Shown: positions 57,994-64,000 of the stretch, piece after piece
How positions within the stretch are numbered: the first letter of the stretch is position 1
How the letters are laid out: each line of letters starts with the position of its first letter
Assembly (NCBI GenBank): GCA_965208965.1
Contig: OZ242384.1
Span: 3,745,838-3,809,837, forward strand
Direction of reading: 5' to 3'
Length of the DNA: 64,000 nt
DNA from: Caldilineaceae bacterium
Lineage (GTDB): Bacteria > Chloroflexota > Anaerolineae > Caldilineales > Caldilineaceae
Notes under the pieces: model-generated
What the model saw: only the letters and a program-made list of their open reading frames with translations
What the model was told of the DNA's origin: nothing
Databases searched by the model: none
Program-made: the position numbers and the translations under genes

Positions 57994-59151
57994 ATGATAC
58001 CTGCAGATATTTCGCCTGCCAGATGGACTTGGCGGCCTCGACGAGCTTCAATGGCAATCTTGCTGATGCTATTGTTGTCGCTGTTATTGGTTCCTCAGCC
58101 GGTGGTCGCAGCCCCCGCCGAGCGCCCAGCCTCCGCCCGGACCTACGTCCACATCGTCAGACCTGGCGAATCCCTTAACGACATTGCAGCGCTATACGGC
58201 ATTGCGGTCGAAGACCTGAGGGCTGCAAACAACCTCGCAAACCGAGCCCAGTTCGTGAGTTGCACTCCCAATGCAGACAGCACGCAGGTGCGAGGCACCG
58301 TGCGGGTGAACGGCCATCCCGCCAGCGGTTTCCGGGTGGTCTTCAGTTGGCATCCGGACGAGGCAGCCGTAGCGATGGCGGTTTCCGGCGGCGGCGGCCA
58401 GGAAGGAGGCCAGTACAGCCACATTCTCGGAGGCGGCGCCCGCGAAGGAAACTGGTGGTTCTGGATTGTAGACGGCGCCGGCGTCCGCATTTCGGAGATG
58501 GCGCACGTTCACACTGACAAATACCCCCATGAAGGTAAGTGCCAGCGAGCGGTGATCGACTTTGATATCCAAAATCCCGAGCTCACTTACGTTGGGCGCA
58601 GACTGCAGATTCCTCTGTCGGCGCAACCTGCACCTGAAAAGCCTGTGATCTTGAAACAAGCCAGCACCAAGACTGTCTATGGCCACGTTGTCAAGTCCGG
58701 GGAAACACTCGACAGAATTGCAAAGACATACGGCGCATCAGTCCAGGACTTGAAAGCCGCCAACGACCTCGTCAATCGCGCAAGTTTGGTACGCTGCGAC
58801 GCCAGCGCCGGAAGTACCCGAGCGGTGGGAACAGTGCGGCTGAACGGCCAGCCAGCCGACGGCTACCGGGTCGCCTTTAGTTGGCAGCCTGACGGGGAAG
58901 TCGTGGCCAGGAAGAGCTCTTCTGAAGGTGGTCACTTTACCCACATCCTTCAAGCGTCCGGTCCGCGGGAAGGGAGCTGGTGGTTCTGGATCGAAAATGA
59001 AGACGGCCACCGCATTTCCGAGATGGCGTATGTCCGCACTCACAAAGATCCAAGTCCGGGCAACTGCCAGCAAGCGGTGATTGATTTCGACATTCAGAAT
59101 CCGCACTTCTTCTACATTGGCCGCAAGCTTCATATCCCATCTTCCGGTTAG
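57994..59151 (+). CDS. secreted protein with two LysM motifs, each interrupted by a ~120 aa inserted domain
   Basis: AAGGAGG RBS lies 6 nt before ATG 57994. Signal-like N-terminus MAILLMLLLSLLLVPQPVVAAPA. The module is duplicated: YVHIVRPGESLNDIAALYGIAVEDLRAANNL...LTYVGRRLQIP and VYGHVVKSGETLDRIAKTYGASVQDLKAANDL...FFYIGRKLHIP. Confidence 0.8.
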   Translation: MIPADISPARWTWRPRRASMAILLMLLLSLLLVPQPVVAAPAERPASARTYVHIVRPGESLNDIAALYGIAVEDLRAANNLANRAQFVSCTPNADSTQVRGTVRVNGHPASGFRVVFSWHPDEAAVAMAVSGGGGQEGGQYSHILGGGAREGNWWFWIVDGAGVRISEMAHVHTDKYPHEGKCQRAVIDFDIQNPELTYVGRRLQIPLSAQPAPEKPVILKQASTKTVYGHVVKSGETLDRIAKTYGASVQDLKAANDLVNRASLVRCDASAGSTRAVGTVRLNGQPADGYRVAFSWQPDGEVVARKSSSEGGHFTHILQASGPREGSWWFWIENEDGHRISEMAYVRTHKDPSPGNCQQAVIDFDIQNPHFFYIGRKLHIPSSG

Positions 59152-59255
59152 GTCGAGACGGCGGCAAGAGCAGCACTGTCGGCTCTGAGGAAAGCCCGAA
59201 CTCCTTACCGGATCCTCCATAGCGCCGAGAGTCAGGCAGTACGGCAGCCGATACT

Positions 59256-59287
59256 GGGGGTGACATGATAGTGTCATCCCCTTTTTG
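59256..59287 (+). terminator. intrinsic terminator downstream of the LysM gene
   Basis: GGGGGTGACA (59256-59265), loop TGATAG, TGTCATCCCC (59272-59281, one bulge), then TTTTT (59282-59286). Confidence 0.6.
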
Positions 59288-59561
59288 TGATGACTACGAT
59301 GGAGCGGGGCGCGAACGTGAAAACGAGAGGGCGAGTTCCAGGATTGCCGGGTCCTGTCGCGCGGAAGCCGCGCACAACCCAGAGTGCGATAGCAAGCTGT
59401 TTGGGAACTGAATCCCCGTTTCAGCCATGCGCGAAGCGCAGCGTCCCATTTGTGGTATAATTCCCCAATTCGAAAGGACTGTACTCAGACGGGGTGGCTT
59501 CAACCTGGCAGCGAGCGGAAGCGTCCTTCATTGGAAGCCAACCATTGGAGTGAGCAATCCA

Positions 59562-61001
59562 ATGATTACCCGTATCGAACTCGATGGCTTTAAGACTTTT
59601 CAGGATTTCTCCCTGGATCTATCACCTCTTCAGGTCATCGTAGGCGCCAACGGTGTGGGCAAGAGCAATCTCTTCGATGCCTTACAACTGCTCGGGCGCC
59701 TGGCCGATTCGAAGGTCGGCGCAGCGTTTCACGAATTGCGGGATGAGGTAGGGGAGCTGTTTTCCGTTCGCCATGACGGTGCGTCGGCTGACCGCATCCG
59801 AATGGCGGTCGAAGTTCTGGTTAATCGCGAGGTGCGCGACGACTGGGGCGCCAGTCTTGAGATCAAGTTTCCCCGCATGCGCTATGACCTGGAGATTGTA
59901 CGTCGCAGAGACGCCCAGGGGCAGGAAGGGCTATTCGTCGAACATGAATCGTTGGCCCCGATCCCGCGTCTGAGAGACAGATGGACGAAGTCCAACAAGC
60001 TGAAGACCGGCAGCCCTTGGATTCCGGCCATGACCGGTGGACGTTCTTCCCCCTTTATTTCCACACAAAAGAGCAGACAAGAAACGTTCCTGGTTCTCCA
60101 TCAGGACGGCAGCAGCGGCAGGCGAGACGTCCTCGCGGCGCAGGCAGAGAGGACAGTGTTGAGCGGTGCAAGGAACACGGAGTTCCCACACGCATTTGCC
60201 GCCGCCGAAGAGATGCGTGCGTGGAGACTCTTGCACCTGGACCCGGAGATACTGCGGCAGCCCAGCTTCGCGACGGCGCCCGGAATGTTGGGTGAAGGTG
60301 GCAGAAACCTGGCAAGAGTGCTGGCCCGAATGAAGGCGGCCGATTCTGCGCTGTTGGCCGACGTTTCTCGAGATCTTTCGAACCACCTTCCTGAGGCAGT
60401 TCAGATTGACTTGAAAGAGGATCGTGCCGCTGGCCAAATAGTGATCAGTGCCCAAACGGAGGATGGTCGGCGGTTCTCGTCCCGAGCTCTCTCTGACGGC
60501 GCGCTGCGCGCTCTTGCTCTGGTTACACTGAGGAACGACCCTGAGCACGGCGGCCTCCTCTGTTTCGAGAACCCGGAAAACAGCGTTCATCCTTCCCGTC
60601 TGAAGGGACTGACGCAGATTCTGCAGGATCTGACTACCGATTTCTCATCCTCAGACCAGGAAGGCGCACCCCTGAGGCAGGTAATCTGCAACACACATTC
60701 CCCCGTATTCATTAGCCACCCGGACATTCTGTCCCACGTTCTTTTTGCGCATTTAACACCGAATGTCGACCCTAAAGGCAACTCTCAACTTCACACTGCA
60801 ACTCGCATGGTTCCCGTAATTCCCGACCCGTTGCAGCCGGCGCTCCCGATTCCCGAAGAAGTGCAAAGTTACACCCTCAGCGAAGTCCTGAGTTACCTGC
60901 AAAGCGCCGACCTGGCCACCGCGCGGTCCCATTTGGGGGTCCACTTGGCCCGCAACCTCGACAGTTTCATTTCCGAGGGCGAAACGGAAAACACCGACTA
61001 G
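59562..61001 (+). CDS. ABC/SMC-like AAA_15/AAA_21-type ATPase, no recognisable effector domain
   Basis: MITRIELDGFKTFQDFSLDLSPLQVIVGANGVGKSNLFDAL (Walker A), signature-like LSDGALRALAL, Walker B region GGLLCFENPENSVHP, and NTHSP. GGAG RBS before ATG 59562. Confidence 0.8.
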   Translation: MITRIELDGFKTFQDFSLDLSPLQVIVGANGVGKSNLFDALQLLGRLADSKVGAAFHELRDEVGELFSVRHDGASADRIRMAVEVLVNREVRDDWGASLEIKFPRMRYDLEIVRRRDAQGQEGLFVEHESLAPIPRLRDRWTKSNKLKTGSPWIPAMTGGRSSPFISTQKSRQETFLVLHQDGSSGRRDVLAAQAERTVLSGARNTEFPHAFAAAEEMRAWRLLHLDPEILRQPSFATAPGMLGEGGRNLARVLARMKAADSALLADVSRDLSNHLPEAVQIDLKEDRAAGQIVISAQTEDGRRFSSRALSDGALRALALVTLRNDPEHGGLLCFENPENSVHPSRLKGLTQILQDLTTDFSSSDQEGAPLRQVICNTHSPVFISHPDILSHVLFAHLTPNVDPKGNSQLHTATRMVPVIPDPLQPALPIPEEVQSYTLSEVLSYLQSADLATARSHLGVHLARNLDSFISEGETENTD

Positions 61002-61102
61002 GCGCCACTTTTCGGCTACAGATCTTACCCCCGAATGGCAGCCTTTTTCCTCCAACTCGGAATTCGTTCAGCAACAGAAAGATAGAGTAAAATAGGAGAA
61101 TC

Positions 61103-62158
61103 ATGCCCAATATTCAACCTTCTACTTTGCGAGACGTCGGCTATCAACTTTTCGAAGCTTCTGGCTGCACCGCCGAGGATGCTCGCGCTGTGGTCGACCA
61201 CCTTGTGGAGTCAAACCTCTTCGGCCACGACTCCCACGGCGCGATTCGCTACTACGAATACACGCGTGCAATTCGCGAGGGACGTTTTCAACCGCGGGCA
61301 ACGCCCACCATCGTTCGCGACTATCCGAGCACGGCCGTCGTTGACGCAGGAGGAGCACTGGGTCAGGTTGGAGCGACCTTCGCAATAAGGCTGGCCACAG
61401 AGAAGGCCCGTCAGCACGGCCTGGCAACTGTTACCCTCCGCAACACAAGCCACGTAGGCCGCGCAGGCGCCTATCCACTGATGGCGGCCCGCGAGGGCAA
61501 CATGATCGCCCTGGCATTCGTGAACGCCGGTCGGCTTGGTTACCAGATAGCCCCGTTTGGCGGGCTTGAAGGCCGCTTAAGCACCAACCCCATCGCGTTT
61601 TCCGCACCCCGCCCCGACACGGACCCGATCCTGGTCGACATGACCACCTCCGTCGTCGCCGAAGGCAAGGTCCGAGTCGCTATCAACCAGGGAAGCCAGG
61701 TCCCTGAGGGCTGGCTAATCGATTCCGAAGGCAACCCCACGACCGAGCCGAATGACTTCAGGGCCGACCCTCCAGGCGCAATCCTGCCATTAGGTGGGGT
61801 AGTAGCCCATAAAGGCTTTGCCCTCGGTCTTGTGGTAGAATTGCTGGGCGGCGCGCTCAGCGGCGAGGGCTGTGCCGATGGTTCCCGGACCATGAGTAGC
61901 AACGGCGTCCTCTTCACCGTCTACAACATTGAGCACTTCACCGAGCTCTCAACCTACTTTAAGGAAGTCGAGGCATTGCTCCGTCACGTCAAGTCCAGCC
62001 GCCTCGCGCCGGGATTCAAAGAGATTCTGGCCCCGGGCGAGCCCGAGTTCCGCAGTGCGCAGCGTAAAGAGAAGGACGGGATCGACATCGACGAAACGAC
62101 TTGGGGCCACATTTGCCAGGAAGGACGAATTCTGGGGCTCGATCCGGACAGCTGGTAG
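61103..62158 (+). CDS. Ldh family oxidoreductase (malate/L-lactate dehydrogenase family 2)
   Basis: VDHLVESNLFGHDSHGAIRYYEY, ...HKGFALGLVVELLGG.... AGGAG RBS. Confidence 0.9.
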   Translation: MPNIQPSTLRDVGYQLFEASGCTAEDARAVVDHLVESNLFGHDSHGAIRYYEYTRAIREGRFQPRATPTIVRDYPSTAVVDAGGALGQVGATFAIRLATEKARQHGLATVTLRNTSHVGRAGAYPLMAAREGNMIALAFVNAGRLGYQIAPFGGLEGRLSTNPIAFSAPRPDTDPILVDMTTSVVAEGKVRVAINQGSQVPEGWLIDSEGNPTTEPNDFRADPPGAILPLGGVVAHKGFALGLVVELLGGALSGEGCADGSRTMSSNGVLFTVYNIEHFTELSTYFKEVEALLRHVKSSRLAPGFKEILAPGEPEFRSAQRKEKDGIDIDETTWGHICQEGRILGLDPDSW

Positions 62159-62230
62159 AGAGCGCTCTACTCCTGCGGCCCACCGTTGCCGCACGAACTG
62201 ATCCGAAAACAACGCTGAAGGGAGCAAGCC

Positions 62231-63259
62231 ATGGAACAGATGACTTCGAAACAGCGGTTTTTGGCTGGGCTGAACGGCGATCCCGTGGACAGGCCGCCGG
62301 CGGCCAGCATTGTGTCCGTTATTACCTACGAGCTGATGGACATTACCGGGGCACACTTCCCCTACGCTAATACCGAGCCCGAGCCTATGGCGACGCTCGC
62401 CGCCGGTGCACACGAAGTGATGGGGTTCGATAGCGTAATGCCTATCTTCAGTATCGCACAGGAGGCCATGGCACTCGGCTGCCAGGTAGACTGGTCCGAT
62501 ACCGACATGATGCCGAATCCGACGGATTCACCCTGGGCCGATCGCGATGTGGAGATCAAGTTGCCTGACGGTTTTCCCGATTCGTTCCTGGAGGACAAGT
62601 ACGTCAAGTGCTCCATCGATGCGATTCGGCTGCTCAAGCAACACTTTGGCGATGAGGTTATGGTTCTGGGCAAAGTAATGGGGCCCTGGACACTGTCCTA
62701 CCACTGCTACAATACGCAGGAGTTCCTCTTCGACACGATTATGGATCCGGACCGCGTTCGTAAATCGCTGGAGACACTGGCGCCCGTGCCACTGGCCTAT
62801 GCCACGGCCCAACTTGAGGCGGGCGCAGACGCCATTGTCTGGGCCGATCATGCCACCGGCGACCTCGTTCGAAACACAATGTACCGGGACTTTCTCTTGC
62901 CCCATCACCAGGAGCTGGTGCCCCAGGTTGACGCGCCCGTCATTCTGCACTGTTGCGGGAGGACCCTGGACCGAGTCGAGTATTTCAACGAGGCCGGCTT
63001 CGCCTGTTATCACTTCGAGTCGGCCAACGCGCCCGATCTGATGGTCGAAAAGGCCGCCGGTAAGATGAAGTTGACTGGCAATGTCAATAACCCGATAACC
63101 TTATACGCCCGTGGGCCAGCGGAAGCACGCGCCGAAGCGCAGGCCGCTATCGACGCCGGCGTGGACATTATCGCTCCAGAATGCGCCGTTCCCTTGCAGG
63201 CGCCGGTTGCCAACCTCAAGGCAATTGTGGAAACGTGCATTGACAACACCTACCAATAG
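62231..63259 (+). CDS. uroporphyrinogen decarboxylase-family methyltransferase (MtaA/CmuA-like corrinoid:acceptor methyltransferase)
   Basis: MEQMTSKQRFLAGLNGDPVDRPP..., ...WADHATGDLV..., ...ILHCCG.... AAGGGAG RBS. Confidence 0.8.
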   Translation: MEQMTSKQRFLAGLNGDPVDRPPAASIVSVITYELMDITGAHFPYANTEPEPMATLAAGAHEVMGFDSVMPIFSIAQEAMALGCQVDWSDTDMMPNPTDSPWADRDVEIKLPDGFPDSFLEDKYVKCSIDAIRLLKQHFGDEVMVLGKVMGPWTLSYHCYNTQEFLFDTIMDPDRVRKSLETLAPVPLAYATAQLEAGADAIVWADHATGDLVRNTMYRDFLLPHHQELVPQVDAPVILHCCGRTLDRVEYFNEAGFACYHFESANAPDLMVEKAAGKMKLTGNVNNPITLYARGPAEARAEAQAAIDAGVDIIAPECAVPLQAPVANLKAIVETCIDNTYQ

Positions 63260-63271
63260 GAGCCCTGTACC

Positions 63272-64000
63272 ATGAGCCGCGAAGAAGAAATCAAAGAAGG
63301 GCTGTACGAACACACATTAGTGGGTGAAGCCGCTGAAGTTGTCGAGTTGACCCAGGAGGGAATCGAACTGGGGATGGACCCCTTGGATATCCTCTTCGGC
63401 GCGCTGATTCCTTCTTTGCAGGAAGTTGGCCGGTTGTTTGAGATTGGTGAGTACTTCGTGCCCGAAATGTTGGTGGCCGCCCGCGCAATGCAGGGGGCCA
63501 TGGCCCTTCTGCGGCCCTTGCTGGTAGACAAGGGGGCGGAGCCAATTGGCAAGGTCGTCATGCTAACGGTCAAAGGCGATGTCCACGACATTGGCAAGAA
63601 CCTGTGCAATATCATGTTGGAGGGCGAAGGCTTCGACATCGTCGACTTGGGGGTCAATGTCAAGCCGGAAGACGTCGTTGCCGCGGTTCAGGAGCATGAA
63701 CCCCAGCTCCTGGGCTTTTCCGCGTTTCTGACGACAACGATGCCTTTCTTCAAGTCCAACCTGACCGCGCTGACCGACGCCGGGCTACGAGACTCAGTCA
63801 AGGTGATGGTAGGCGGCGCCCCGGTTACACAGGAGTACGCTGATAGCGTCGGCGCCGACGGCTTCGCGCCCGACGCCAGCGCCGCAGTCCGCCTGGCAAA
63901 GCAGCTCATGGTCGACATGGGCTATGACGTCAGCATGGGTGGCGACGACGGAGAAGGCGCGACTGCTCTGGCCAGCGCCGTACAGGCCGTCGAGGAACTT
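63272..64000 (+). CDS. corrinoid (B12-binding) protein, MtaC/MttC-like; 3' end outside the window
   Basis: This ORF is not in the ORF track because it is open to the window end. My translation from ATG 63272 (TAGGAG RBS) reads MSREEEIKEGLYEHTLVGEAAEVVELTQEG...VVMLTVKGDVHDIGKNLCNIMLEGEGFDIVDLG. It has the DxHxxG cobalamin-binding motif and an N-terminal helical cap. Confidence 0.85.
   Translation, partial: MSREEEIKEGLYEHTLVGEAAEVVELTQEGIELGMDPLDILFGALIPSLQEVGRLFEIGEYFVPEMLVAARAMQGAMALLRPLLVDKGAEPIGKVVMLTVKGDVHDIGKNLCNIMLEGEGFDIVDLGVNVKPEDVVAAVQEHEPQLLGFSAFLTTTMPFFKSNLTALTDAGLRDSVKVMVGGAPVTQEYADSVGADGFAPDASAAVRLAKQLMVDMGYDVSMGGDDGEGATALASAVQAVEEL

Noticed and set aside
57830-57997. Small ORF (GTG 57830, GAGG RBS) whose TGA overlaps the LysM ATG in an ATGA arrangement
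   Set aside because: Third-position GC is only about 40% by my count, versus clearly higher in the host genes. There is no ATG start. It would contain the strong TTGACA/TATATA promoter. It is more likely a non-coding leader.

Overview
64 kb of a GC-rich (roughly 60% by eye) bacterial chromosome, densely coding: about 55 protein genes and 3 tRNAs. I saw no rRNA, CRISPR array or cas genes.

Backbone genes:
- Housekeeping: malate synthase (3' end), an S8 protease, clpB, recO, a K+ channel, mutS2, era, tRNA-Pro/Gly/Met, pncB, miaB, a Ca2+/Na+ antiporter.
- A Fur-family regulator followed by a P1B-4 metal ATPase.
- A dTDP-sugar / chain-length cluster: rfbA, rfbB, two Wzz-like proteins and a BY-kinase-like ATPase.
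- An activated-methyl-cycle supercluster: metK, ahcY, adenosine kinase, and mtnA behind a SAM-I riboswitch.
- An oxidoreductase/catabolic block: SDRs, Gfo/Idh/MocA enzymes, a CoxL-like Mo-hydroxylase, MaoC and PhyH.
- The start of a corrinoid methyltransferase module.

Accessory material:
- An intact IS982-family element.
- An IS3 transposase remnant inside a 1.2 kb repeat-rich non-coding tract.
- A low-GC methyltransferase + putative nuclease island.
- A low-GC Swt1-like HEPN gene, a NERD gene and an orphan ABC/AAA_21-like ATPase.

Most interesting calls:
1. A radical SAM gene whose ORF-track stop (TGA 47615-47617) is followed in frame by A-E-P. This gives a C-U-A-E-P tail with a downstream hairpin, so it is a selenoprotein candidate that the ORF track truncates.
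2. A SAM-I riboswitch with the usual core but about twice the usual length. It drives mtnA, which is translationally coupled to a LOG-family gene.
3. About 330 bp of degenerate repeat with a 10-bp period inside a 1.3 kb non-coding gap upstream of that radical SAM gene.
4. A secreted protein with two LysM motifs, each split by a ~120 aa inserted domain.
5. Degenerate P-loop / Walker B variants in the BY-kinase-like and ABC-like ATPases.

Everything was called by eye from the sequence and the supplied translations. No searches or computations were run. Coordinates of non-ORF features are +/-2 nt.
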